Under the pieces are notes generated by a model that did no database searches, was not told where the DNA came from, and was given only the letters and a program-made list of their open reading frames with translations. 57,115 nucleotides of DNA from the IMG/VR virus record IMGVR_UViG_3300048587_000396, positions 1-57,115 of that record; one strand, written 5' to 3'. Within the stretch, counting starts at the first letter, position 1; every line of letters starts with the position of its first letter. The translations under genes were made by a program, and so were the position numbers. Below are positions 20,880 to 29,902 of the stretch, in pieces. The DNA is from a virus (lineage: Duplodnaviria > Caudoviricetes).

Positions 20880-21151
20880 GTGATCAGACCCCGAGATCGA
20901 CAACTGAAATCTCCACGAAGGAGACGATCGTGGGCGGAGTCACCACATCGCTCAAGCGATTGGACCCGAACATGCTGGCGGTGCTCATGCTTGTCATGGT
21001 CCTGAACGGGCTGTTTTTCTGGGCCTATTCCGAGAACCTCAAGCTGAAGCATCAGGAGTTTCTGGTGGCGATTCAGTCCTGCAATGTGTCGGGGTCGAAT
21101 CTCCTTTCCAGAGTTCTTGGATCGTCCATTCCTGGAGGACTCGACCGATGA
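20876..21151 (+). CDS. Holin/antiholin-like membrane protein
   Basis: One hydrophobic TM (MLAVLMLVMVLNGLFFWAY); immediately before endolysin with ATGA coupling. Confidence 0.55.
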   Translation: MSDQTPRSTTEISTKETIVGGVTTSLKRLDPNMLAVLMLVMVLNGLFFWAYSENLKLKHQEFLVAIQSCNVSGSNLLSRVLGSSIPGGLDR

Positions 21152-21843
21152 TTCAGTGGCCGACGCAAGCTGAAGTTCAGGCGTTCTTTGGACCGCCTGC
21201 GCAGAACCAGGTGATGATGAACACTCCCTATCCCTTCCGTCTGGCGTGGGATAGATCCGTCATCGTGAATCGCTTTCAGTGTCATGCCAAGGTTCACGAC
21301 ACCTTCCATGAGGTGTTCAAGCGGACGCTCGAGCACTACGGGATCGGTCGCATCGTCGAACTTCGCTTGGACATGTTCGGTGGATGCTTCAACCATCGAG
21401 CCATGCGCGGGGGATCTCAGCTGTCGATGCATTCGTGGGGCATCGCCATCGATCTCGATCCGGAGCGCAATCAACTCAGCTGGAACCGCTCACGAGCGGC
21501 TTTCGCGCAGCCGGAATACGAGCCGTTCTGGGAGATAGTCGAAAGCCAGGGCCTCGTTTCGCTGGGCCGCGAACGCGACTTCGACTGGATGCACTTCCAG
21601 GCTGCTCGCCTGTCCGGGGGAGCAGCTACCTCCGGTGCGAATACGAAAGCGGCTCCGCTCGCCACTCGAGAACAGATCATCGAAGCTCAGCGTCGACTCG
21701 GGGTGACGCCTGACGGCATCGTCGGACCGCGCACTCGCGCGGCGACGGAGGACTTCCAGCGCAGCAAGGGGATGCAGGTAACTGGCGTGATTGGTCCATT
21801 GACGCTCGCCGCTCTCGGTATCACGCCGAGCGACGCAGGATAA
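21148..21843 (+). CDS. Endolysin: M15-family peptidase with C-terminal peptidoglycan-binding domain
   Basis: FNHRAMRGG..LSMHSWGIAID...DWMHFQ; DGIVGPRT...FQ...G...TGVIGPLT. Confidence 0.9.
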   Translation: MIQWPTQAEVQAFFGPPAQNQVMMNTPYPFRLAWDRSVIVNRFQCHAKVHDTFHEVFKRTLEHYGIGRIVELRLDMFGGCFNHRAMRGGSQLSMHSWGIAIDLDPERNQLSWNRSRAAFAQPEYEPFWEIVESQGLVSLGRERDFDWMHFQAARLSGGAATSGANTKAAPLATREQIIEAQRRLGVTPDGIVGPRTRAATEDFQRSKGMQVTGVIGPLTLAALGITPSDAG

Positions 21844-21850
21844 AAGGCGC

Positions 21851-21878
21851 TTGCTCAACTGCCGCGCCGTGCTACGCT
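21851..21878 (+). promoter_or_regulatory. Promoter for secreted-protein pair
   Basis: TTGCTC-N16-TACGCT; context AAAAGGCGCTTGC...CCGTGCTA.GCTGG matches the 2247 promoter. Confidence 0.6.
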
Positions 21879-21931
21879 GGTAACGCTACCGTGCTCGGCG
21901 GCTCCCGAGCAATTTCACAGGAGACGTTTCC

Positions 21932-22372
21932 ATGCGTTCCAAGTTCCTTGCGGCCTGCGCTGCTCTCGCCTTGCTCGCCGTCCCCGTCACGGCGGCCGAG
22001 ATCGGCATCGGCCTCGGCTCGCTCACCACGGGAGCCGGAGCCGCCGGTGTGACCGGCGCGCAGTCCGCGACCCAGGGTGGCTCGCTGTCGGCGATCGCCG
22101 GCATCACCGCCGGAGGCGTCACCGCTGGCCAGACCTCCTCCACCACCGGCCTCGCCGGCGGGCAGGCGTCCTGCACCAGCGGGCCGAACTGCACGTCCAT
22201 CGCCGAACAGACCGGCACGTCGGGCACGACCGGCGGGGTCACGTCGTTCAGCGGTTCGCTCGGTCTCGCCGGAACGGTCGCCGCCGGGCAGGCGACGGGC
22301 GCGGCGGGCGGCGTCCAGGCCGGTCAGGCCGGGACGACCTTCAACTATCTGAACCTGTTCGCGAACCCGTGA
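21932..22372 (+). CDS. Secreted Gly/Ala/Thr/Ser-rich protein
   Basis: Sec signal peptide MRSKFLAACAALALLAVPVTAA; low-complexity mature region; CAGGAG RBS. Confidence 0.75.
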   Translation: MRSKFLAACAALALLAVPVTAAEIGIGLGSLTTGAGAAGVTGAQSATQGGSLSAIAGITAGGVTAGQTSSTTGLAGGQASCTSGPNCTSIAEQTGTSGTTGGVTSFSGSLGLAGTVAAGQATGAAGGVQAGQAGTTFNYLNLFANP

Positions 22373-22513
22373 TGGCGCGGCGTCCGTGAGGACGTCCGTC
22401 GGCGGATTCGGCCCCCCAGGCGCTTGGACAGGTGCCTTCCCGGCTGAATCAAGTCCTGGTGATCCGACCGGGGGGTAGGATCACCAGGCACTCTCCAACA
22501 TGGGAAAAACGAA

Positions 22514-23209
22514 ATGACCATCCATCGCATTTTTCGCTTGGGACTGATGGCTGCTTTCATCAGCGCTCCCCTGGCGGTTCACGCGCAGACGGCGACCGGC
22601 ACCGGACAGGCGGCGGCTGGAGCGACCGCTGGCGCCGGAGCTCAGAGCGGCTCGGCTGCGATCATCCAGCAGACCTTCACCAGTCCCGGCCAGCAGAGCC
22701 TCACCTACGGTGGCGGGACGACGAACCGCGTGATCCAGGAAGGCGGATATCGGCAGGACTATCGGGCCACCATCCGCAACACGCCGGACGCCTATGCGCC
22801 GAACGTCAGCGGCGGCACGAACTCCTGCCTCGTCGGCATGAGCGGCGCCGGGTCGGTCGCCGGCTTCGGCATCGGTCTCGGCGGGAACTGGTCGGACCCG
22901 GACTGCGAGAGGCGTCAGCTCGCCGCCCTGGCGCACAATACCGGGCAGACTGCCCTCGCGCAGGAAGTTCTGTGCGGATCGCGTGACGTCCGTGAAGCAC
23001 GCGCCAGACTCGGCCAGCCGTGCCTCGCTGACGTCCAGCGTCAGCAGGCGGCCGCAGTTCAGCAGCCTGTCGCCGTGGTCCAGCCGACTCCCGTGGCCTA
23101 TCGGGAAGTCGTGGGTGGCGGCGCGCCCCCCGCCGTGCGGACGGTGCCCGACTGGTGCGCGACGGCCAGCGCGGCCGAACGTCGCCAGTATCGCTCGACC
23201 TGCGGCTGA
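22514..23209 (+). CDS. Secreted Cys-containing protein with amphipathic beta-hairpin
   Basis: Signal peptide ending AVHA-Q; SCLVGMSGAGSVAGFGIGLGGNWSDPDCER...LC motif. Confidence 0.75.
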   Translation: MTIHRIFRLGLMAAFISAPLAVHAQTATGTGQAAAGATAGAGAQSGSAAIIQQTFTSPGQQSLTYGGGTTNRVIQEGGYRQDYRATIRNTPDAYAPNVSGGTNSCLVGMSGAGSVAGFGIGLGGNWSDPDCERRQLAALAHNTGQTALAQEVLCGSRDVREARARLGQPCLADVQRQQAAAVQQPVAVVQPTPVAYREVVGGGAPPAVRTVPDWCATASAAERRQYRSTCG

Positions 23210-23224
23210 CGGAGGACAGGACCG

Positions 23225-23452
23225 ATGAACCCCGCCGAAGTCCTGATCCACCGCATCAACGTAGCCGAGCAGCACAAGCGGATCTCCGAGTTCGAGATCG
23301 CCGAGGCCGAGCGTCAGCTCGAGGCAGTCGCCAGAATTCCGGGCGTCGTGGTCGCCAACGAGGTGATCGAGGGCCTTCTGCCCGAAGCGCGAAATCGAGT
23401 TCTCCCGCGCCTGAACCTCACCGGCCGCTTCGCCTATCTGGGGCGGACGTGA
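23225..23452 (+). CDS. Hypothetical protein
   Basis: CAGGA RBS, phage-like codon use. Confidence 0.6.
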   Translation: MNPAEVLIHRINVAEQHKRISEFEIAEAERQLEAVARIPGVVVANEVIEGLLPEARNRVLPRLNLTGRFAYLGRT

Positions 23453-23504
23453 TCGATTGCTCGCGCTAGATCCCTCACGTTCCCCTGCGGGAGGCGCGAG
23501 CAAC

Positions 23505-23533
23505 GGCTGGCGGGGCTTCGATCTCCGCCAGCC
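23505..23533. terminator. Hairpin between convergent operons
   Basis: ggctggcgggg-cttcgat-ctccgccagcc. Confidence 0.6.
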
Positions 23534-23540
23534 GCCCTAT

Positions 23541-24410
23541 TCAATCCTCACGAATACCTAGGAACACCGGGAACCGCGGCTTCTCTTTGATGCCCGTGGG
23601 CTGGAAGCGATACTTGACAATCTTGCCTACCGGGGGGTTCGCCCAGAACTCGGCTCTCGTTGCCTCGTCCATCCCCGTTCCAATCTCGAACTCGATGCCG
23701 GTCACCAGGTCTCGCACGCGAAGCGAGCCAGTGGTTCCCTTGGGATGGCGGTTCGCCTTGTGGCTGGAGCGCTTCATGGTCCCAAGCGCATTCCTCACTT
23801 GCTCGTTGTCGTTGCGCATCTGCTCGTCGATGCTGAGTATGAGCGCCTCGCTGTCCTCGAACCTCTTAAGCTTGAGGAGCTCGCCCGTGCGGGCGCTGGC
23901 CCGGCCAAACTTGTAGAGGCTCATCGGATCACGCAGCATGATGCCCTCGTATCCCTTCGACAGGATGTGGGCTTCGTAGTCCAGGACCTCAGCCACGGAG
24001 GCGACCTTGACTTGCTGAAGCTTGCGAACGGTGATGTGGCCATCCGGGTCCGCGTCGAACGTTGAGGGCAGACGGGCGAAGCGCGAGACGAATGCGTCCT
24101 GCGGCATATCGAACCTGTCGAATACCCAGAAGCTCACGCGGGGGACGCCATCCTCGCTCATGACCGCCGAGGTCGTGCGATGGAATGCCTGCGGATGCCA
24201 CGATGGCGACGTCACCAGTTCGCCGTCCAGACCGTTGTGCGCGTGGTCCCCCAGATGCGTCTGGAGATAGACGTTGGGGATGGGCTTGATGCGTCTGCTG
24301 ATCAACACTCCGTCGATTACCAGGGCGCGGATGCCGTCCAGCTTGGGACTGGCGAGTAGCGGGAAGGTGAGGCGGTCGATGACCGCTTTTCCTGAGAGCA
24401 TAGGCTTCAT
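23541..24410 (-). CDS. lig: ATP-dependent DNA ligase
   Basis: Motif I SPKLDGIR, LDGEL, YEGIMLR, LLKLKRF, RFPVFLGIR. Confidence 0.95.
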   Translation of the reverse strand: MKPMLSGKAVIDRLTFPLLASPKLDGIRALVIDGVLISRRIKPIPNVYLQTHLGDHAHNGLDGELVTSPSWHPQAFHRTTSAVMSEDGVPRVSFWVFDRFDMPQDAFVSRFARLPSTFDADPDGHITVRKLQQVKVASVAEVLDYEAHILSKGYEGIMLRDPMSLYKFGRASARTGELLKLKRFEDSEALILSIDEQMRNDNEQVRNALGTMKRSSHKANRHPKGTTGSLRVRDLVTGIEFEIGTGMDEATRAEFWANPPVGKIVKYRFQPTGIKEKPRFPVFLGIRED

Positions 24411-25066
24411 GGCTGTAGCGTAACCCCATGGCGTTCGTTAAGCAAGCGCCAGCGGCTCCCTATGAACCGCTGATCGGCCTCGCTGATTGCGACTGGTTGA
24501 GCGTATCTCGCGGCCACCTCCTCCGTGGTTTCGAACTTCCCAGCGTTCATCTTCGTGGAGCGCGTTGGAATTCGCCAGTCTCCAGCGCGGCGCGGCAACG
24601 GTAGCCCCGCCAACACGCTTGCGATGTTCGCCACAAGCTCCTCATAACGAATGTGGTGACGCTTGAGCGGGTGAGTGTAGGACCTGAGCTTCTCGTGATA
24701 GAGCTCCAGCAGCGACGGATAGGTGTGATAGAACACCTGGTCACGGGGGATCGCTATCCACGGCGCTCGAATGAACTCGCTGAACGTCGCCTGCACCGGG
24801 CTCTCGCGATGCTGGATGTTGAAGTCCACCTTGATCGTGCTCTTGCGCGACATCTCGTAAGGACGCCGATACATCGAGACGAGCCAGTTCTCAGGACGCT
24901 TGGAGATCGTCAGGCAGAACACTTGATCGTGCTCGGGAACAAGGTTGATCCTGCCGTGCTTCCATCCAAGTCTGTCCGTCAGTTCGACATCGAAGTTCGC
25001 CTTGATGAGCTGCGACAGGAAACGAGTTCCCGTGTTCCGCTCACCGTAGATCTTACAGCGCATCAC
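24407..25066 (-). CDS. Sulfotransferase-fold P-loop protein
   Basis: GERNTGT (5'-PSB-like), KRPENWLVSMY (3'-PB-like), IRYEEL. Confidence 0.6.
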   Translation of the reverse strand: MMRCKIYGERNTGTRFLSQLIKANFDVELTDRLGWKHGRINLVPEHDQVFCLTISKRPENWLVSMYRRPYEMSRKSTIKVDFNIQHRESPVQATFSEFIRAPWIAIPRDQVFYHTYPSLLELYHEKLRSYTHPLKRHHIRYEELVANIASVLAGLPLPRRAGDWRIPTRSTKMNAGKFETTEEVAARYAQPVAISEADQRFIGSRWRLLNERHGVTLQP

Positions 25067-26522
25067 GCCACCTTCCTTCCATCACCATCGCTGCCAGTGA
25101 CTCCTTCTTGACCCGCTGAGAGCGGATCTTGATCTCGACCGTTCCACGAGTGAACATGTCGATGATGTTGAGATGCTTCGTCTGACCGATACGGTGAGCG
25201 CGATCCTCGGCCTGCCAGCGCACCTCAGCGTCGTCCACGTCGTTGACGAATATCATGGTGTCCGCCACGGCGAGGTTCAAGCCGATGCCGCCCGAATGCG
25301 GGTTCCCGAGGAACACGTCAGGTCCGTTGGGATCGTTGAAGTCGCGCACCGCCTGAGTGTTCCCCCGTGCGAAGCGGACATAGCGGACGCCAGCCTTCTT
25401 GAACTCCTCCTCGATGCGCTCCAGCGAGTAAATGAACGAACTCCACACGATGGACTTGCCGGGGGCATTCTCCAGCTGATCGAGCATCATGTCGAAGCGG
25501 TTCGTCTTGATCGGATGAGCGACCCTGTTCTCGTCAATGAGGAAGCCGATGGCTATCTGTCGCAGCTTCGTGCGAGCGGCGGAGACTGCGTTCACCTTCG
25601 CAAGGAGGTCCAACTCCGGCAGTTCGCGCTCCAATCGGACGAACAGCTCCTCCTTCATGGACTCGTAGGCTTGCGTCTGCTCGTCAGTGAACGGAACGTG
25701 GACCTTCGACGGGATCTTGTCCGGCAGGTCCAGACAGTCCACCTTCCGCAGGATGCGAACGTGAGGCTCGATCTTCTGCATCAAGTTCGAGACGTTACGA
25801 TAGCCGGTGATCCGCTTGCCGACTATCCGCTTGCCGACCACCTTCCCGCGGAACATGCGGTTCACAATCACAGGCTGAGTCTTGCAGTAGAGCGCCTTGA
25901 ACCCAGTGAATGTCTTGCAGTTGATGATCGACGGAGAGAGGAACTCGAACTGCGACCAGAGGTTCTCGAATCCCTTGACCAGGGGGGTTCCGCTTAGGAT
26001 GCGGCGGTAGGCGGCTTTCGGTGCCAGCTCCAGCAGAGCCTTGGTTCGCTCAGCTCGGTGGTTCCGGATCTTGGTGGACTCGTCGATGATGAGGAGGCAG
26101 CGGAGTTCTTCGAGCAGCCACTCCACGAAATTGAATCCACGCTCGGCGTTCACCGCTTCGATGTTGATCGCCACGAACAGCAGACGTCCGTGTTTCCGCG
26201 CTCTGGCGATGGTGGCGTTCGCCTCACGTTTGAACGTCTGTCCTCCCCCGGAGCGGTAGAGCAGCGACTCATACTCGAGATTGAGCGGCGCATGTTCCGG
26301 TATCTGCTCCTCGATCCACTGTTCGTGGACTCCGTTTGGAGCAATGACAACGACGCACTGGATCTCGTCTCGTAACCAGAGCTCGCCGGCCAGGTCAATC
26401 GAGAGTTTCGTTTTCCCGGTGCCGGGCTCCATGAAGTATCCGAAGAACTTCTGGCCGAAGGTCTCGCGAAGGATATTGCGTTGATGATCGTAGGGCGGGA
26501 TGCGAAACTTGACGGTCAGCAT
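25053..26522 (-). CDS. SNF2-family (SF2) helicase
   Basis: PYDHQ, MEPGTGKT, IIDEST, LSGTP, GGIGLNL, QAEDRAHRIGQ; start ATG at 26522 with GGAGG RBS. Confidence 0.93.
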   Translation of the reverse strand: MLTVKFRIPPYDHQRNILRETFGQKFFGYFMEPGTGKTKLSIDLAGELWLRDEIQCVVVIAPNGVHEQWIEEQIPEHAPLNLEYESLLYRSGGGQTFKREANATIARARKHGRLLFVAINIEAVNAERGFNFVEWLLEELRCLLIIDESTKIRNHRAERTKALLELAPKAAYRRILSGTPLVKGFENLWSQFEFLSPSIINCKTFTGFKALYCKTQPVIVNRMFRGKVVGKRIVGKRITGYRNVSNLMQKIEPHVRILRKVDCLDLPDKIPSKVHVPFTDEQTQAYESMKEELFVRLERELPELDLLAKVNAVSAARTKLRQIAIGFLIDENRVAHPIKTNRFDMMLDQLENAPGKSIVWSSFIYSLERIEEEFKKAGVRYVRFARGNTQAVRDFNDPNGPDVFLGNPHSGGIGLNLAVADTMIFVNDVDDAEVRWQAEDRAHRIGQTKHLNIIDMFTRGTVEIKIRSQRVKKESLAAMVMEGRWRDAL

Positions 26523-26851
26523 CACCACCTCCGCGGACGCTTGCCGAAGTTGAACTGTTCGTTGGGATCGTAGCCTTCCCGATAGATCACGGAGCAGGGA
26601 CCGAGGTAGCGGAACTTGCCGATGACGGAGGGGGACGCTTTCGCCCATCCGCAATCCCACTCATCCTGCGTCGAGTCCCAGAGCAGGGCGAATCGCTTGC
26701 CCGTCGTGGGGTCCTCGACGCAGAAGTATCCGTCTCGATCGTAGTGATGCGGCCAGCCAGGGCGACCGGGATGCGGCCAGTTCCGCACTCGATCGGGGAA
26801 CTTCCCCCGCGAGGCCGGCTCGGGCTTTCGGGGTTGAACAGCGAGCTTCAC
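26522..26851 (-). CDS. Hypothetical protein
   Basis: AAGGAGG RBS, GTG start, TGATG coupling to helicase. Confidence 0.65.
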   Translation of the reverse strand: MKLAVQPRKPEPASRGKFPDRVRNWPHPGRPGWPHHYDRDGYFCVEDPTTGKRFALLWDSTQDEWDCGWAKASPSVIGKFRYLGPCSVIYREGYDPNEQFNFGKRPRRW

Positions 26852-26873
26852 GCGGACCCTCCTTGAAAGCCCT

Positions 26874-26902
26874 AGCCTAGCACGGCGCGGCGCCTAGCGC
26901 CA
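26874..26902 (-). promoter_or_regulatory. sigma70-type promoter
   Basis: TGGCGC-N17-TAGGCT. Confidence 0.65.
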
Positions 26903-27112
26903 GCCTAGCGCCCTGCTCACCTCGCTGGGAAGGTAGCTCAGCTGATCTCCCTCAGCCAGATAGAGAATGCCGTTGACGACCGTCGAGCGATCGCTGGTCG
27001 AGTATTCAAACGGATAGGTCGGTTGCATGGCGATCCGCACTTCGGTTTCGCCGGGCAGATCGTGCTCCTCGGTGAGGTCGTCGAGGAGCTGCTTGAGTTC
27101 GTCGAGGGTCAT
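26894..27112 (-). CDS. Hypothetical protein
   Basis: MTLDELKQLL...EVRIAMQPTYPFEYS...LYLAEGDQLSYLP; GGAG RBS. Confidence 0.7.
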   Translation of the reverse strand: MTLDELKQLLDDLTEEHDLPGETEVRIAMQPTYPFEYSTSDRSTVVNGILYLAEGDQLSYLPSEVSRALGWR

Positions 27113-27130
27113 GTTCGTTGCTCCGGTCAT

Positions 27131-27164
27131 GGGAAAAGTCCCCCGGCATCGCTGCCAGGGGGAC
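27131..27164 (-). terminator. Intrinsic terminator
   Basis: gtccccc(t)ggca-gcga-tgccgggggac followed by TTTT on the minus strand. Confidence 0.65.
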
Positions 27165-27173
27165 CGAGGATCC

Positions 27174-27710
27174 CTACGCCTTGATGCGGATTGCACCACG
27201 ACGCAGGAAGTTCTTGAGGACGCCAGGGAAAGACCCCGGCTTGCGCCGAGTGGCGAGATACTCCTTCTCGAAGTCGGCAACCGTCATGCCGTCCTCGATC
27301 AGGCGATACCACCTCAGCAGCATGTTCTTGTCGCTTTCGCGGAACGGCTTGAAGTCAGCGCACTTGACGATCTTGCGCTTGTCGTTCGCGCTGCGCGATT
27401 TGGACTTCGGCTCCTCGTCGACGGGCTGAGGCTCGTCTTCGTCCTCCTGCTCGTCTTCGATCTCCTCCTCGTCGGAGGGAGGCTCCTCGATCTCGGTTTC
27501 CTCCTGCTCGTCGGCGGGAGGCTCCTCGATCTCGGTTTCCTCGGAGGGAGGCGTTTCGATCGGCTGCTCGACCTGCTCCTGGTCGGGCTCGGCTTCGATC
27601 TCCTGCTCGTTGCGTTCCGCATCGGCGGACGCCTCGAGCTGCGGAGGCGCGTCGCTGGCGGGAGCCTCCACGATCGGCGGCTTCGTGCGAGCGCGATTTC
27701 GCTTGCTCAT
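27174..27710 (-). CDS. Acidic low-complexity protein with basic C-terminal (putative DNA-binding) domain
   Basis: AAGGA RBS; EETEIEEPP repeats; C-terminal EDGMTVADF...LRRGAIRI domain. Confidence 0.75.
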   Translation of the reverse strand: MSKRNRARTKPPIVEAPASDAPPQLEASADAERNEQEIEAEPDQEQVEQPIETPPSEETEIEEPPADEQEETEIEEPPSDEEEIEDEQEDEDEPQPVDEEPKSKSRSANDKRKIVKCADFKPFRESDKNMLLRWYRLIEDGMTVADFEKEYLATRRKPGSFPGVLKNFLRRGAIRIKA

Positions 27711-27760
27711 CGTGATTTCCTTTTCAAAGAGCGTTTGCTGGCGATGCTGCCAGCCCGTGA

Positions 27761-27789
27761 AGCCTGCCAGCCGGGGCCTCCCGGCGCAA
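27761..27789 (-). promoter_or_regulatory. sigma70-type promoter
   Basis: TTGCGC-N17-CAGGCT. Confidence 0.55.
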
Positions 27790-28210
27790 GTGTTGCCGAC
27801 CGGCCACAGTGAGGTGGCAAATCTGCAACAGATCGCGGCCAGGGCGCCAGCCGGGGGGCTCCCCAGCCCTGCCTCGGCCGTAAAGCCTCCCAGGCCGACG
27901 CTGGCGCCGCGAGGCCCTGGCGCCATGCTGCCCTAGCCTCGAACTTCGCAGGGCGCCTCTGGCGTCGGTTAGCAATATATACCTACGGCGAAAGGCCCGA
28001 CTCCGGGTGGCAATCCCTAAAATGTGAGCCGGCGATCAATTTAACGATTGCATCATTACGGAAGTAATCGCTATTCGCGCGCACCCTCGCGCTGGCGCCT
28101 TCCGCCGGTGGACCGCCCTGGCGGCGAACCGTTGCGCTGGCGGCTCAGCCCTGGCGTTCGGCCGCCCTGGCGCCCTCCGCCGGCACGTCGCGGCAGGCGT
28201 CGTTTTTTGA

Positions 28211-28239
28211 TTGGCCTGCGGAGGCCCTGGAGGTAGAAC
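28211..28239 (+). promoter_or_regulatory. Putative early promoter
   Basis: TTGGCC-N17-TAGAAC preceded by a T tract. Confidence 0.45.
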
Positions 28240-28586
28240 AACTTCACCGGGGGGCGGCACCCTCCGGGCGGTTCCCAGGGCAAGGGGTTCCGCCCCCCGG
28301 TAATCCCCCGGCCAGGGTCCGGGGCGCAGGGTTAGCAGCCCGAAAAGCGAAACAAAGCCCTCCCGGTAGTTGACCGGGGAGTAATTTGGCAGCATGGTCC
28401 TACGTGCGCCCTGCGGGCTCCGGCCCTGGCGGTAGGGAAATCTGGTCAAGTGAACCCAGCGAGGCAGTCGTCACGGCCTGCTCTGCTCCTTCGGTGTCCG
28501 GTCCAAACGGCGCCATAGGGCAGGACGGCTAACCGTGCGGCGGGGAGGGTCAAACCGTGGCCTCGCATCACAACGAAAAATGAGAC

Positions 28587-28663
28587 AGGCGGCTTCGGCC
28601 GCCTCACTCTCCAAGCCGCCGGTCAATTCGGCGGTTTCGAGAGTGTGCAATCATGCATCACTC
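28587..28663 (+). ncRNA. Repeated structured RNA element, copy 1
   Basis: Hairpin aggcggc-ttcg-gccgcct, then cactctc-c-aagccgcc-loop-ggcggttt-c-gagagtg. Confidence 0.65.
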
Positions 28664-28681
28664 AGTCAAGGGAATTCTATC

Positions 28682-28942
28682 ATGTCCACTTCCAACCTGC
28701 GTTGCGGCGAGTTCAAGTTCGACTTCACCGGCGTCAAGCCGAAGGTCACGCGCTACCGTGGCAAGGTCGCCAATACCGTCAAGAACTTCGCGCTCATGCG
28801 CGTCTGCAAGGACTACGCCGGCTATGTCGCCGCCTGCCAGCGTCGCGGTCAGTCCCGCGCTCACGCGTGGGGCATGGTGGACTGGGCCGCGCGTCGCGGC
28901 CTGCTCCGCACTCCGGGCACCGAGGCGTGGCGCGGGGAGTAA
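28682..28942 (+). CDS. Early basic protein (putative DNA-binding)
   Basis: AAGGGA RBS; strong C/G third-position bias; NFALM...WAARRGLL. Confidence 0.75.
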   Translation: MSTSNLRCGEFKFDFTGVKPKVTRYRGKVANTVKNFALMRVCKDYAGYVAACQRRGQSRAHAWGMVDWAARRGLLRTPGTEAWRGE

Positions 28943-28958
28943 TCCCTGCGCTGCGTCA

Positions 28959-29037
28959 GGGGGAACCTCAGCGTTCCCCCGGTCGCCAAAGTCGCCGGTT
29001 AATCTGGCGGCTCCGGCGACCGGAAATCCTTCCGGTC
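28959..29037 (+). ncRNA. Repeated structured RNA element, copy 2
   Basis: gggggaac-ctcagc-gttccccc, then ccggtcgcc-aa-agtcgcc-loop-ggcggct-cc-ggcgaccgg. Confidence 0.65.
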
Positions 29038-29054
29038 ATTCGCAGGAGGCCATC

Positions 29055-29315
29055 GTGGCGAAGCGAAAGTATCAGCGCATCAACATCACGCTCAACGCGC
29101 GCCAGCGCGACGCCATCATCAAGCGCGTCCGCGCTGACAAGTTGATCGGCATCGGCACCTGCTCGTCAATCGACGAGTGCATGACCGACGAGGAAGTCAT
29201 CGAATACTGCGAGCGCCTCGGCATCAGCGGCGCTTGCATGGCGGTCGCCGAACTGCGCCGCAAGGAAGCCCTCTACCGCGAGATGGAACGCTCCGTCCGC
29301 AACGAAATCTTCTGA
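29055..29315 (+). CDS. Early hypothetical protein
   Basis: AGGAGG RBS, GTG start. Confidence 0.75.
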   Translation: MAKRKYQRINITLNARQRDAIIKRVRADKLIGIGTCSSIDECMTDEEVIEYCERLGISGACMAVAELRRKEALYREMERSVRNEIF

Positions 29316-29327
29316 AAGGAAATCAGC

Positions 29328-29573
29328 ATGTCACCGTTCGAGAGAGTTCTGGCCGCGTTCGAGGCGGATGTCGGCGTCAAGTATGACCAGGCTCAGCGCA
29401 CGCTGGCCGCGTTCGAGTGGGGGAAACTCCCCGTCTCGGATGTCGCCTTCGTCAACAGCCTCACCGACGAACAGCTCGACGAGCTCTGCAACGCGGATCC
29501 CGAGGAGCGCCCCTACATCAGCGACGAGCTGCACGCGGCTCTCGAGGAAATCTTCGAAATCATCGGTTCGTGA
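29328..29573 (+). CDS. Early acidic hypothetical protein
   Basis: AAGGA RBS; codon bias. Confidence 0.75.
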   Translation: MSPFERVLAAFEADVGVKYDQAQRTLAAFEWGKLPVSDVAFVNSLTDEQLDELCNADPEERPYISDELHAALEEIFEIIGS

Positions 29574-29587
29574 AAGGAACCTCCATC

Positions 29588-29803
29588 ATGCCGAAATTCA
29601 TCGTCGTCTCGTCCAAGGAAAACGAGATCAAGGGGCTCGCGTGGTATCTGCGCGGCACGACCTGGGCGGGCTCCACGGAGCGCGCCGACAAGTTCGACTC
29701 GCGCGAGGCGGCGCAGGCTGCGCTCGACCGAGCCAAGAAGTTCAGCGTCCGGCGCATCTACAAGGACTGGTTCATCCGGGAGCTGGGCGACGTCCACGTC
29801 TAA
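29588..29803 (+). CDS. Early hypothetical protein
   Basis: AAGGA RBS; codon bias. Confidence 0.75.
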   Translation: MPKFIVVSSKENEIKGLAWYLRGTTWAGSTERADKFDSREAAQAALDRAKKFSVRRIYKDWFIRELGDVHV

Positions 29804-29810
29804 CGGCCTC

Positions 29811-29883
29811 GCGGGGGAGTTCGCGCTCCCCCGCTCGCTCGAGCCGCCTCGCGGGGCGGTTCCAGCGAGCGGTATCCGCTGCT
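29811..29883 (+). ncRNA. Repeated structured RNA element, copy 3
   Basis: gggggag-ttcgcg-ctccccc, then ccgctcgct-c-gagccgcc-tcgcgg-ggcggttc-c-agcgagcgg. Confidence 0.65.
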
Positions 29884-29902
29884 CGAGTTCAGGAGAAACG
29901 AA

